A stretch of DNA of 59,306 nt, filler included. It is 6 parts of 6 records of this genome, joined end to end, with 100 filler letters (N's around TTAATTAATTAA, not from the genome) between each part and the next. Parts side by side here need not be neighbours in the genome. Positions count along the whole stretch, not along the records: positions 45,014 to 52,805 come from DRR723986_17885; positions 52,906 to 59,306 come from DRR723986_17887; 4 more parts are not named here. The stretch is one strand, 5' to 3'. A program made the position numbers and the translations under genes. This document shows, one piece after another, positions 49,334 to 59,306 of the stretch. Position 1 is the stretch's first letter, and each line of letters opens with the position of its first letter. The notes below the pieces were generated by a model. It was not told the origin of the DNA, did not search any database, and was given only the letters and a program-made list of their open reading frames with translations.

Positions 49334-50080
49334 TTATGCCATGTCGGCAGGGTCATCGTGCTTATAGCCTTCTGTACCGCAGTACTTAACAAGCTGCGTT
49401 ACGGCACGAGCGATAATTGCCGTATCAGCCGATCGCACAACAATTTGCGTGCCTATTTTACCTTCACGAAAAAAGGGGTAACTGCCCAAACTAACACCGT
49501 CTATACCGCCCTGAATTTGACCAAGCATAGCCGCCATTTTGCTTTCCGGGGCGTGAATGGTCACCGCCTGTGACCATATTTTCCGTCCCGTTTTCAATCG
49601 CGGACGAAGGGTTTCAAGCATGGCCTGCATAATTTTGGGTACACCCGCCATAACAAAGACATTATCAACCTGAAACCCCGGCGCTATAGACACAGGGTTT
49701 TCTACCAGAATAGCGCCCTCGGGGGTTTTTGACATGCGCTGCCGTGCTGCTGTGAAATCTTCTGCACCGTAATATTTGGTGAGCAAACGATGGGCCTCGG
49801 GGTGTGTAGTCAACGGTAAACCAAAGGCTGCTGCAATGCTCTCTGCGGTTATGTCATCATGGGTGGGGCCGATACCGCCGGTCGTAAAAACATAATCAAA
49901 TTTGGTCCTAAGAGCATTCACTGCGTCAACAATGTCATCCTGAATGTCTTGCACAACCCGCACTTCTGCCAGTTGTATGCCAGCCTCATTCAGCCACGCC
50001 GCTATATAGGCTGTATTTTTGTCTTGAGTTCGGCCCGAGAGAATCTCATCGCCAATTATAAGCAAAGACGCGTGTACCAT
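49334..50080 (-). CDS. CinA-like molybdopterin-binding domain protein
   Basis: IIGDEILSGRTQDKN, TTGGIGPTHDDIT, AGVPKIM. Confidence 0.92.
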   Translation of the reverse strand: MVHASLLIIGDEILSGRTQDKNTAYIAAWLNEAGIQLAEVRVVQDIQDDIVDAVNALRTKFDYVFTTGGIGPTHDDITAESIAAAFGLPLTTHPEAHRLLTKYYGAEDFTAARQRMSKTPEGAILVENPVSIAPGFQVDNVFVMAGVPKIMQAMLETLRPRLKTGRKIWSQAVTIHAPESKMAAMLGQIQGGIDGVSLGSYPFFREGKIGTQIVVRSADTAIIARAVTQLVKYCGTEGYKHDDPADMA

Positions 50081-50139
50081 ATGAAGCCCTGATTATTTTC
50101 CCTAAACCTTTGAAGCATTTAGATTGGCATAGGATTTAG

Positions 50140-50616
50140 TCAATATTGTGCGGCCGCACATATTATCATTGTAAGCTCGCCCGTATCATTGGCAAGCGGC
50201 AGCAAAATGCTTTCCGTTTTGGTAAAGTCACGCTCAAAATCGCCCAAATCAACCGCCGTTACAATCGGGCCTTTACGTGCGATTACATCACGGTATATTT
50301 CAGCGCGCCAAGACGACGGATGGCTGGGAAAGTCACTTAATTTTATGCCAGTATAATCAGCGCCGATTGACTGCGTAATGGCTGACCCCATGAAACGAAT
50401 GCTAAAGTCTGCGCCGTCATCAAGCACATTAATAATGTAAACAAAAGGCGTCAGCTCTTTCAGCTGCATCGGGCGCATGTCTTTCAGGCGCGGCATAGGG
50501 TTATTACCCTTTGCCTTTACCCAATGGTCATACAAGCCACAGGTAACAGGCAAGGTCGGCGAATCAATTTCGGTCGCCATGGAGTTAATGGCTTGCTTGG
50601 TTGGGTTTTTGCTCAC
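50140..50616 (-). CDS. Stand-alone PAS-domain protein (PAS_5/DUF1457-like)
   Basis: W...KG..MP, IRFMGSAI..GADYTG, ESILLPLA; GTG start. Confidence 0.75.
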   Translation of the reverse strand: MSKNPTKQAINSMATEIDSPTLPVTCGLYDHWVKAKGNNPMPRLKDMRPMQLKELTPFVYIINVLDDGADFSIRFMGSAITQSIGADYTGIKLSDFPSHPSSWRAEIYRDVIARKGPIVTAVDLGDFERDFTKTESILLPLANDTGELTMIICAAAQY

Positions 50617-50641
50617 ATTAATCTCCGCATATCAGATCAGG

Positions 50642-51943
50642 TTACTGACCAAAAACCCGTTTGAAAATCGTATCAACATGTTTGGTGTGATAATCCATGT
50701 TAAACAGTTCATCCAATTCAGCTTCCGACACCTTATCGGTCACAACCGGGTCTGCTTTTAGCAAATCAAGCAAATGCACATTACCCCGGCTTTCCCATAC
50801 TTCCATGGAATTGCGCTGCACCAAACGATACGAGTCTTCGCGGCTTACGCCCGCTTGTGTAAGCGCGAGTAAAACACGCTGGCTATTGGGCAAACCGCCC
50901 ATTTTGTTCATATTATCGAGCATATTTTCGGGATAGACAAGCAACTGGTCCATCACATTGGTGAGGCGCGCCAGACTGAAATCAAGCGCCACTGTCGCAT
51001 CCGGGCCAATGTAGCGCTCAACACTTGAATGGGAAATATCCCGCTCATGCCAAAGCGCCACATTTTCCATGGCAGGAATACAAAGCGCCCGAATATAGCG
51101 GGCTTGGCCGGTAAGGTTTTCAGTAAGAATGGGGTTCTTTTTATGCGGCATGGCGCTGGAACCCTTCTGCCCTTTGGAGAAATACTCCTGCGCTTCCAAT
51201 ACCTCGGTGCGCTGCAAATGCCGCACCTCAACAGACAAGCGTTCAATACAGCTAGCGATAACACCCAAAACAGAAAAATACATCGCATGACGATCACGCG
51301 GAATCACCTGAGTAGAAACAGGCTCAACGGTAAGGCCCATTTTTTCTGCAACATGCTCTTCTACAAACGGGTCAATGTTGGCAAAGGTACCAACAGCCCC
51401 AGAAATTGCACAAGTGGCCACTTCCGCCCGTGCATCTTTCATGCGCTTTAGGCAACGGTCAAACTCTGCATACGCTTGCGCCATTTTCAGGCCAAATGTA
51501 ACCGGCTCGGCATGAATGCCGTGGCTTCGGCCGATACAAACAGTATATTTATGCTCTTCTGCGCGGCGCTTTAGTACAACCAGCAGCTTCTCTAAGTCTT
51601 CGATAATAATGTCGGCAGCCTGCATTAATTGAACAGACAAGCATGTGTCGAGCACATCGGAAGATGTCATACCCTGATGAACGAAGCGGGCTTCATCGCC
51701 GACATGCTCGGCTAAATTGGTTAGAAACGCGATAACATCGTGCTTCACCTCACGCTCAATCTCATCAATACGGTCAATTTCCCACTTACCGCGTTCCCAA
51801 ACGGCTTTGGCGGCGGCTTCCGGGATGCGCCCCAGCTTTGCGTTGGCGTCACACGCATGGGCTTCAATCTCAAACCAAATACGAAAACGGTTTTCGGCTT
51901 CCCAAATGTCAGACATTTGCTTGCGAGAATAACGTGCGATCAT
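50642..51943 (-). CDS. purB: Adenylosuccinate lyase
   Basis: MIARYSR, GRSHGIHAEP, GSSAMPHKKNP. Confidence 0.97.
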   Translation of the reverse strand: MIARYSRKQMSDIWEAENRFRIWFEIEAHACDANAKLGRIPEAAAKAVWERGKWEIDRIDEIEREVKHDVIAFLTNLAEHVGDEARFVHQGMTSSDVLDTCLSVQLMQAADIIIEDLEKLLVVLKRRAEEHKYTVCIGRSHGIHAEPVTFGLKMAQAYAEFDRCLKRMKDARAEVATCAISGAVGTFANIDPFVEEHVAEKMGLTVEPVSTQVIPRDRHAMYFSVLGVIASCIERLSVEVRHLQRTEVLEAQEYFSKGQKGSSAMPHKKNPILTENLTGQARYIRALCIPAMENVALWHERDISHSSVERYIGPDATVALDFSLARLTNVMDQLLVYPENMLDNMNKMGGLPNSQRVLLALTQAGVSREDSYRLVQRNSMEVWESRGNVHLLDLLKADPVVTDKVSEAELDELFNMDYHTKHVDTIFKRVFGQ

Positions 51944-52080
51944 CGGGCGATTTCCTAACCTGGGAAAATGAAATAAATATGCGAATTTGCTAACAGATAC
52001 CGTAGCTAATCGCAAGTTACCTTGACAAGAAGCCCGCCTAAGTTGAGCATTCAATGAACTTACAACTTTGGGAGGGGTTT

Positions 52081-52805
52081 ATGCGTAGTATTTTCTTAAT
52101 TTTTTTCGCTCTATTTTCGCTGTCAGTTCACGCGGACAATATCGTTATTAACAATGTTACTGTTCTCACAATGGACAATGACAAGGTTTTAACCGCAGCG
52201 ACAGTTGTGGTTGTTGATGACCGAATAACTTATGTCGGTGACGCAGCTGGCGCCCCGAAGCTCAAAACCGTTAACCTCACGATTGATGGTACGGGCAAGT
52301 TTCTTATGCCGGGCCTTGCTGAAATGCATGGTCACCTGCCCTCAACCAATTGGTCGCGCGAGCGTCAAGAACGCATCTTGTTTCTATATCTGGCAGGCGG
52401 TGTCACCACCGTGCGCGGCATGTTGGGTGACCCCATTCAGTTTGACCTTCGCAAACAGATAGCCGCCGGTGAAATTGCCGGCCCAACCTTGTATCTGGCT
52501 GCCCCAAGCTTGAATGGCAACAGCGTTTCGTCTCCTGCCGAAGGACGCGAAAAAATTAGACTTTACGCCGCACAAGGCTGGGACTTGCAGAAAATTCATC
52601 CCGGACTAACACGCGCCGAATATGATGCCATTGCAGACGAAGCCAACAAACTGAACTTTCCTTTTGGTGGTCATGTACCGGCAGATGTAGGCCTTGAACG
52701 TGCCGCAGAAGCTGGGCAAATATCCATCGACCATATGGATGGGTATTTGCAAATGGCAGAAGGCGACAGACGTTCCTTAACCGACGCTGACTTCGCTAAA
52801 ATGAT
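52081..52805 (+). CDS. Secreted amidohydrolase family protein, 3'-truncated
   Basis: Signal peptide, IDGTGKFLMPGLAEMHGH, GVTTVRGM, GGHVP, SIDH. Confidence 0.88.
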
Positions 52806-52905
52806 NNNNNNNNNNNNNNNNNNNNNNNNNNNNNNNNNNNNNNNNNNNNTTAATTAATTAANNNNNNNNNNNNNNNNNNNNNNNNNNNNNNNNNNNNNNN
52901 NNNNN
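52806..52905. other. Artificial contig linker
   Basis: 44 N + TTAATTAATTAA + 44 N. Confidence 0.99.
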
Positions 52906-54153
52906 CGCGATGGTGTTGGCGGAAGTGTCTGTGTCCTGAACTGCGGACGTAGCGTATTCGTTTTCGTCTTCGACCTTCAATGTGAAGCTTTGCGTGGACT
53001 GCGAGCCGTCGGTGGAGGTGGCGGTCACAGTGAAGGAGACAGTCGCTTCGGTTTCAGCGTCAAACACGGCGTCTTCGGCAATGCTGACCACACCCTGGTC
53101 ATCGATGACGAAGCGCGGGTCGTCTATGGAGTAGGAGACACTGTCGCTCACGTCCCGGTCGGTCGCCACAACAGTGATGCCAGACTGACTGCCGCCGTCT
53201 ACACCTTCGGAAATTGTGTTCGCAACAGCGCCGACCGTGCTGATCGGGCTGACGTCGTATTCGTTCACGTCACGGATATTGATCGTAAAGGTTTCTGTCT
53301 GCGTCGCTCCGTCGGATCCGGTGGCAAGCACGATGATCTGGTGACTTCCAGCCGTTTCGGCATCGAGCGAACCGGCTACCGTAACGATGCCCGTCTCGGG
53401 ATCAATGGAGAACAGGCCACCCGCATCGTCCAGGAGGCTGTAGGTTACGCTGGCCCCTTCTGAGGCGGTTGCGCTTGCCCGAATGCCGGTTGCAGATCCG
53501 ACTGCTGAATTTTCGTCAACGGCGTTTTCAGTTGCATCGATATCGGTGACCGCAGACAAATCGGAAGCGACGATGCCCGCAGCAAGGTCGTCGTTGCCGT
53601 CATCGAAACCTGCGCCTGACTGCACCTGGCCATTCTGGCTACTGAAGGTGCCGTCGCCCGGGTTGGTTGCAGGGCCATTCGAATAGGTCTGGTTCGATCC
53701 ATCATCCAGAGCAGAAGCTATGCTTGCGGACGTGCCGCCGCCCAACGGCAAATCGTCGCTGTTCGACCCTGAAAAGTCCTGTGTGCCAGTCGAATTGTCG
53801 GAAGATTGCTCAGCGTATGCATTGACTGCATCGCTGTCTTCAAGCGCAGAAAGCTCCGTGCCATCATCCTCAAACCCGATACCTTGCGCGCCGGACGATG
53901 GGTCTTCCTGTTCGACGTAGCGTTGTTCTTCCTCGTCGCTTCCAAGGTGCAGGTTGGCGTTGACCTGTTCCATGGATTCGCCCATGTCCTGGTCGAGATG
54001 ATAGTCGTGCGCCTTGTCGAGATGCTCATCTCGATTATCGAGAAGCCCCGAATGCAGGATGCTATCGGAATTCAGGGTCGTCCTGGTTTCCGTAGTGTTA
54101 CCCTCTGACGAGGTGTTTTCCTGGGTGTCTCGATTCTGAGTGTCGCTTGCCAT
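52906..54153 (-). CDS. Cadherin-repeat large protein (probable T1SS-secreted adhesin), 3'-truncated
   Basis: Acidic low-complexity N-terminus, no Sec signal; repeats EN..G..YSL..FSID..G..LDAE..VLAT..DVNE. Confidence 0.85.
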
Positions 54154-54340
54154 TTCGGTCGCACGTCCGCACAATTTCCGATAATGCCAATGAACGTCGG
54201 CGTCCTTAACAAAGCGCAAAATTCCTCTTGGAATCTGAAGTTTAGTTCTAATAAAATTCGGGAAACACGGCGTAGGGTAAACGCTTTTTAAACCCGATCA
54301 GCACAGTTTGAGCGAGTAGCTACACGACTCTGGCCCGCAT

Positions 54341-56074
54341 ATGCTGAAATCGGTTTTTTCATCTTTCTTTTTGCCTCGTCTGAGGATCCGGCATTCTCCG
54401 TCCGGACGCTGGATTTCTTCGCCCGGATTGCCGCGCGACGTTGTGGTTGCTTCCGTGTTCGCGAATATCATGGGGCTGGCGATGCCGCTGGCCATTCTTC
54501 AGGTTTATGACCGCGTTCTGCCAAATGCTTCCACCGATACTTTGCTTGTGCTCATTCTTGGGGTTGTCGCTGTTCTAATTGCCGATGCGGTCATTAAAGT
54601 CTCCCGTACCGCAGTTGTCGGCAGACTCGGGGCAGGGTTCAATCACCAGGCGCACACCGAACTTTTCCGCCGTGTGCTCGATGCCGAGCCTTCTCAATTT
54701 GCCAAAACGCCTGTTTCCGTGCAGGTGCATCAGCTTCGGGCGTTGCAATCGGTTGCAGATCACTATGGCGACCAGAACCGCCTTCTCGCCATCGACCTGC
54801 CTGCGGGGGGGATCTTCCTGGCAGCGCTCATCTTCATCGCAGGGCCGCTGGCGCTGGTGCCGATCACCTTGCTGGGCATCTTCATGCTGTTTGCCCTCAA
54901 CAGAAACAAGGTGCTGCAGCAGGTTGTCGCCGACCGGGCAGATCAGGACGATCGCAAATCCGATTTCATACTGGAGGTACTGTCCGGCGCCAAGACCGTG
55001 AAGTCCCAGGCGATGGAAGCACTGATCATGCGCCGCTTCGAGCGATTGCAGCGGGCAACGGCAGAGCTCAGCTCCAGATATATGCGCTTGTCCGGCCAGG
55101 CGAGGGATGCGTCCGCACTTTTCGGAACCCTCACGACTATCTTTGTGGTCATCTGCGGCGCATTGATGGCCATCTATGGCAATTTCAGCGTCGGCGGTGT
55201 CGCTGCCAGCACACTCTTGTCCGGTCAGTTCGTGCAGCCATTCCTTCGCGCGATCAACCAACTGACAGACATGCAACGACTGAAGCACGACTACGCTCAG
55301 GTCAATTCGCTCTTCAAGCTGCCGGAGGTTGCGCAGCAGGAGCCTTTGACGGTCGATACCGACGGTTCCATTCACCTGATCAACGTGTCAGTCGAACTGG
55401 GCGAAAGCCAGCGCCGGGTGTTCGAGGACATCAACCTGACAATCGAAGCCGGACAATTCGTCGGTTTCCGCGGTGCGGACGGCAGCGGCAAGTCCACACT
55501 CATGAAATTGCTGACCGGTGAAATGACGCCGACGACCGGCAAGGTCATGATCGGCGGGCAGGATTATGATGGCCTCCACCAACATGCACTACGCAAGACC
55601 GTTGCCTATGTCGACAACCAGTCTGCTATCTTCAACGGCACGATCCTTGAAAACATCACGATGTTCGGTGCCGTATCCGACATCGCTCATGCGCGTATGG
55701 CAGCAAAGCTGATCGGGCTTGAAAAGGAAATCCATCTCTTGCCTCGCGGTTATGAAACGCAGCTGGGGTCAGACCTTGGCGGGAAGGTTCCTGCAGCTAC
55801 CTTGCAGCGTATCTGCATTGCAAGGGCATTGGCAGGCGAGCCGAAGATCCTGATCCTGGACGAGGCGAATGCGCAACTGGACCAACAGGCAGAAAAGGCG
55901 CTTGTCGATGCGCTGATCCGTCTGAAGGGCTATCTGACGGTTATCATCATCAGCCACCGTCCTTCCATGCTGGCTGTCGCGGATCACCAATACGAACTCA
56001 GGGACGGCAGCGTGCATGACCTCGGCACGATGAACGTAACCGGTACACCTCAGAAAATGGGGATGCCGGCGTGA
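54341..56074 (+). CDS. T1SS-type ABC transporter (TMD + NBD)
   Basis: PLAILQVYDRVLP TMD start, Walker A GADGSGKS, ILDEAN, ISHRPS; signature replaced by VPAAT. Confidence 0.88.
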   Translation: MLKSVFSSFFLPRLRIRHSPSGRWISSPGLPRDVVVASVFANIMGLAMPLAILQVYDRVLPNASTDTLLVLILGVVAVLIADAVIKVSRTAVVGRLGAGFNHQAHTELFRRVLDAEPSQFAKTPVSVQVHQLRALQSVADHYGDQNRLLAIDLPAGGIFLAALIFIAGPLALVPITLLGIFMLFALNRNKVLQQVVADRADQDDRKSDFILEVLSGAKTVKSQAMEALIMRRFERLQRATAELSSRYMRLSGQARDASALFGTLTTIFVVICGALMAIYGNFSVGGVAASTLLSGQFVQPFLRAINQLTDMQRLKHDYAQVNSLFKLPEVAQQEPLTVDTDGSIHLINVSVELGESQRRVFEDINLTIEAGQFVGFRGADGSGKSTLMKLLTGEMTPTTGKVMIGGQDYDGLHQHALRKTVAYVDNQSAIFNGTILENITMFGAVSDIAHARMAAKLIGLEKEIHLLPRGYETQLGSDLGGKVPAATLQRICIARALAGEPKILILDEANAQLDQQAEKALVDALIRLKGYLTVIIISHRPSMLAVADHQYELRDGSVHDLGTMNVTGTPQKMGMPA

Positions 56075-58287
56075 GCAGACCGCTATTCAACCTTGAAGAT
56101 GTCCACGCTGCCGACAACGCCGTGCACCGCCAGTGGCGCGATCTGTCGGCCGAACTGGCAGCCGATGGGACCGCCACAAGCCGGCTAGGACTTCCTGATG
56201 ACGGTGCGGCGCCCGCCGAAAGGTGCCTGATCCCGCTTTTGCGGGAGATGCGCTGGCAGGGCAATGACCGGCTTCTGTTCGAGGCATTGCCGCACTTCGA
56301 CCGGATTGAAACTTTCCAGGTGTTGCGGACCGTCCTCAGCCGCTTGACAGTCAAGACGACACCTTTTCATGGAAGTGCCGGGGAACTGACCCATGCACAG
56401 ATGCCGTGTCTGCGTGTAACCAGGGACGACGTTCAGGTTCTCGTTGGAAAAACCGGAACGGGTGAGTTTCGCGCCTATTCCGGCCGTCAGGGAGAGGCAA
56501 TTTCAGTTCCTGCCGCGGATATTCTGAAAAACGAGATCTATCTCGCGGCCGAAGACAATGAGGAACAGGGGCAGGTTCAAAACAACCGAAGCTGGTTCTC
56601 GACCGTATCCAAGCGGTTCCGGACCAGTATCATCTCTATTCTGGCTCTCGGTTTTGTTCTCAACATTCTCGCTCTTGCACCGCCGTTGTTCATCATGGCG
56701 ATCTACGACAAGGCAATGGGAGCAAAATCGACTGAAGTGCTTCTGACCATGGCGGTCGGCGTTGGAATCATTCTTCTGTGCGAAGTTGCGCTGCGCAGAA
56801 TGAAGACATGGCTACAATCCTATCTCGGCGGACGGGTTGATGCGATTGTCGGCAACAAGACCTTTGAGCGCATCCTGCATCTTCCATATGCGATGCTGTC
56901 CGAAGCACCGATCGGCACCCAGGTCATGCGGCTGCGCTATTTCGATAGCGTGCGCGACATATTCCAGAGTTCGCTGTTCAACGCGATCGTCGATATTCCG
57001 TTCACGCTGATCTTCATTGTCGCGATCTTCCTGATCGGCGGACCGGTTGCGTTGCCGCCGCTCGCACTGCTGACCATCTACACGCTGCTGGCCGTTTATG
57101 TCCTGCCGAAGGTCCAGCGCGAAGTCGCTGCCGTTGGCGAGCAGAAGTCGAAACTCAACAGCTTCATGATCGAGACCTTTCGCAACCAGCGGGCTCTCAG
57201 GAACCTTTCTGTAGAAGATACCTGGCTGGAGCGATTTTCGGCGCTTTCCACCAACTTCAACAAACTCAACATCCATGCACGTCATATCACGCATGTGCTG
57301 CAGACACTGTCACAGACGCTGATGACCATTTGCGGTGTCCTGGTTCTGGGGATCGGGGCAATGCGTGTCATGGAAGGAGAAATGAGCCTGGGTGCCCTGA
57401 TTGCCACAATGGCCCTCAGCTGGCGGGTTCTGAACCCGATGAACCAGGCATTTCTCAGCATCACGCAGCTCGCGCAAAGCCGCACGGTGATCGAACAGAT
57501 CAACAACCTCATGAAAGTGCAGCTCGAGCGCGAGCCGGGGCATTTGCCGAAAATCACACGTGACATTCGCGGTGATCTGAAAGTGTCCTCACTTGTCCTC
57601 AGGTATCCAGGGGCAACGGAAGCCTCGCTGAAGGGCCTTGAGCTGACGGTGAAGGAAGGCGAAACCGTTGCCATCACGGGCCCGAGCGGCTCGGGCAAGA
57701 CCGCATTGTTCCAGGCTGTCATCGGCTTGTTCCAGCCCCAGGTGGGTTCCATCCTGTTTGACGGTCTGGATGTGCGCCAGCTTGATACCGCAGAGTGGCG
57801 CTCCTCCATTGGCTATGCACCCGACGATCTCGACTTCTTTTACGGAACGGTAAAACAGAATCTACTGATGTCGGATCCGGGTGCTACCGACGAGCGTCTG
57901 ATCGAGGTTACCGGTAAACTTGGCTTGCTGTCCTACCTGGAGGAGAACTTCAACGGACTTGAAACGCGCCTCAATGGCGAGGTCCTGAAGCAAATCCCGG
58001 ACAACATGAAGCAGCGAATTGTTTTGGCCCGTGCCTTCGTGAAGGCGGCACCGCTCTACCTGTTCGACAATCCGGGAACGCATCTCGATTTCGAGGGCGA
58101 CAAGAAATTCATGGCGATGATCGAGGAACTCAAGGGCAAGGCGACCATCCTCATCAATACCCAACGGCCTAGCCACATGAAAATGGCCAACCGGGTGGTT
58201 GTGCTCAGAGGTGGCCAGATTGCGATGATGGGGCCACCGGAACAAGTAGTACCGGCACTCATGGGACAGACCGCGAAAGCCGGATAG
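56071..58287 (+). CDS. T1SS-type ABC transporter with N-terminal C39-like extension and degenerate NBD
   Basis: PLFIMAIYDK TMD, Walker A GPSGSGKT, signature IPDNM, Walker B LFDNP, H-loop NTQR; GTGA overlap with the upstream gene. Confidence 0.88.
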   Translation: MSRPLFNLEDVHAADNAVHRQWRDLSAELAADGTATSRLGLPDDGAAPAERCLIPLLREMRWQGNDRLLFEALPHFDRIETFQVLRTVLSRLTVKTTPFHGSAGELTHAQMPCLRVTRDDVQVLVGKTGTGEFRAYSGRQGEAISVPAADILKNEIYLAAEDNEEQGQVQNNRSWFSTVSKRFRTSIISILALGFVLNILALAPPLFIMAIYDKAMGAKSTEVLLTMAVGVGIILLCEVALRRMKTWLQSYLGGRVDAIVGNKTFERILHLPYAMLSEAPIGTQVMRLRYFDSVRDIFQSSLFNAIVDIPFTLIFIVAIFLIGGPVALPPLALLTIYTLLAVYVLPKVQREVAAVGEQKSKLNSFMIETFRNQRALRNLSVEDTWLERFSALSTNFNKLNIHARHITHVLQTLSQTLMTICGVLVLGIGAMRVMEGEMSLGALIATMALSWRVLNPMNQAFLSITQLAQSRTVIEQINNLMKVQLEREPGHLPKITRDIRGDLKVSSLVLRYPGATEASLKGLELTVKEGETVAITGPSGSGKTALFQAVIGLFQPQVGSILFDGLDVRQLDTAEWRSSIGYAPDDLDFFYGTVKQNLLMSDPGATDERLIEVTGKLGLLSYLEENFNGLETRLNGEVLKQIPDNMKQRIVLARAFVKAAPLYLFDNPGTHLDFEGDKKFMAMIEELKGKATILINTQRPSHMKMANRVVVLRGGQIAMMGPPEQVVPALMGQTAKAG

Positions 58288-58310
58288 GCAGTTTTCCTAC
58301 CGAAGATACC

Positions 58311-58341
58311 AAAAAGCCCGCCGGGTTGCTCCGACGGGCTT
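58311..58341 (-). terminator. Terminator hairpin between the convergent ABC and aminotransferase genes
   Basis: AAGCCCG...CGGGCTT stem with an A-run on the left (U-run for the minus-strand gene). Confidence 0.7.
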
Positions 58342-58363
58342 CGTTATTTGGTGGTGCCGCTTC

Positions 58364-59306
58364 TTAGAAGACGGATTTTACTGCTTTCAAGGTTGCATCA
58401 ACAACCTTGTCGATTTCAGCTTCGGAAATGCACAGGGGAGGGGCGAACCCCAGGATGTCGCCCTGCGGCATCGCCCGGCCGATGACGCCTTCCTTCAACA
58501 GGGCAGCTGCAACCTGTGGGCCAGTTTTGTTTGCCGGATCGAGATAGGTTCTGCTGGCCTTGTCCGATACAAATTCGATCGCGCAAAGCAGGCCCTCGCC
58601 GCGGATGTCGCCAACGTTGGCATGATCTCCGAGTGCATTCGTAAGTGCATTCTTGAAGTAGCTACCTGCGGATCCGGCATTCGCCACCAGGCCGAGACTG
58701 TCGATAAGTTTGAGGTTCGCAACACCGGCTGCGGCACCGATCGGGTGTGCGGAATAGGTCCACCCATGGCCGATCGGACCAAATTCGTCGGTACCGTCCT
58801 CCAACACCTTCCAGACCTTGTCGGAAACGATGGAGCCGGACAGGGGAGCATATGCCGATGTCAGGCCTTTTGCGATGGTGATGAAATCCGGCTGAATACC
58901 GTAGTGGTCTGACCCGAACATCGTGCCGAGACGTCCAAAGCCTGAAACAACTTCATCTGCGATCAGCAGAATGTCGTGTTTCTTGAGCACGGCCTGAATG
59001 GCCTCCCAGTACCCGCTTGGGGGCGGTACGATCCCGCCCGTACCAAGGGCTGGCTCGCCAATAAAGGCTGCAATGGTGTCAGCGCCTTCACGTTCGATCA
59101 GGGCTTCCAGTTCAGCAACACAATAGGCAACAAATTCGGCTTCGGACTGGGAAAGGTCTTCCCTGCGGAAATAGTCGGGTGCGACCGTGTGCAGAACCTG
59201 TGAAAGCGGCAGGTCGAACTTCTTGTGAAACAACTCGAGGCCCGTCAGAGAACCGGTCATCAGGCCAGAACCGTGATAGCCGCGCCAGCGCGAGATGATC
59301 TTCTTC
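58364..59306 (-). CDS. Class III (omega-amino acid) aminotransferase, 5'-truncated by the window end
   Basis: RGYHG, AAFIGEP, IADEVVSGFGRLG, PLP Lys in IAKGLTS, HGWTYSAHP. Confidence 0.93.
   Translation of the reverse strand, partial: KKIISRWRGYHGSGLMTGSLTGLELFHKKFDLPLSQVLHTVAPDYFRREDLSQSEAEFVAYCVAELEALIEREGADTIAAFIGEPALGTGGIVPPPSGYWEAIQAVLKKHDILLIADEVVSGFGRLGTMFGSDHYGIQPDFITIAKGLTSAYAPLSGSIVSDKVWKVLEDGTDEFGPIGHGWTYSAHPIGAAAGVANLKLIDSLGLVANAGSAGSYFKNALTNALGDHANVGDIRGEGLLCAIEFVSDKASRTYLDPANKTGPQVAAALLKEGVIGRAMPQGDILGFAPPLCISEAEIDKVVDATLKAVKSVF

Overview
This window is not one locus. It holds six unrelated contigs joined by identical 100-bp artificial linkers (44 N + TTAATTAATTAA + 44 N). Taxon calls are inferred from gene style only. 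(1) 1-13409, Planctomycete-like: a minus-strand export cluster of a large TolC-family lipoprotein, three tandem membrane-fusion proteins, a MacB-type permease, an ATPase and a PQQ-like beta-propeller with EF-hand-like loops, plus small membrane ORFs and a 10-bp tandem repeat. (2) 13510-23930, Hyphomonadaceae-like: ispG, a DUF1214/DUF1254 pair, a divergent acyltransferase / membrane LytTR pair, a CE15-like esterase, MAPEG, prfA-prmC, DUF4167 and clpB. (3) 24031-37519, Rhodobacteraceae-like: a GntR-linked catabolic operon (atypical M20 hydrolase, polar amino acid ABC importer, phosphotriesterase-like protein, DapA-like lyase, HcnAB/OoxA-like oxidoreductase), glutaryl-CoA dehydrogenase, PfkB-psuG, DUF502, a candidate sRNA and a patatin. 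(4) 37620-44913, Roseibium/Labrenzia-like: purine/allantoin catabolism, a lipoprotein, MscS and an Stf0 sulfotransferase. (5) 45014-52805, lower-GC alphaproteobacterium: flgK-flgL with a sigma54 promoter, an HTH-less S24 peptidase behind a LexA-like box, tRNA-Leu(TAA), a CinA-like protein, a PAS protein, purB and an amidohydrolase. (6) 52906-59306, Roseibium-like: a cadherin-repeat protein divergent from two T1SS-type ABC transporters with degenerate motifs, and a class III aminotransferase. The best leads are the unexplained catabolic operon with its non-canonical M20, the triple-MFP exporter, the SOS-boxed HTH-less S24 peptidase, the doubly degenerate ABC pair, the LytTR direct repeats and the candidate sRNA.
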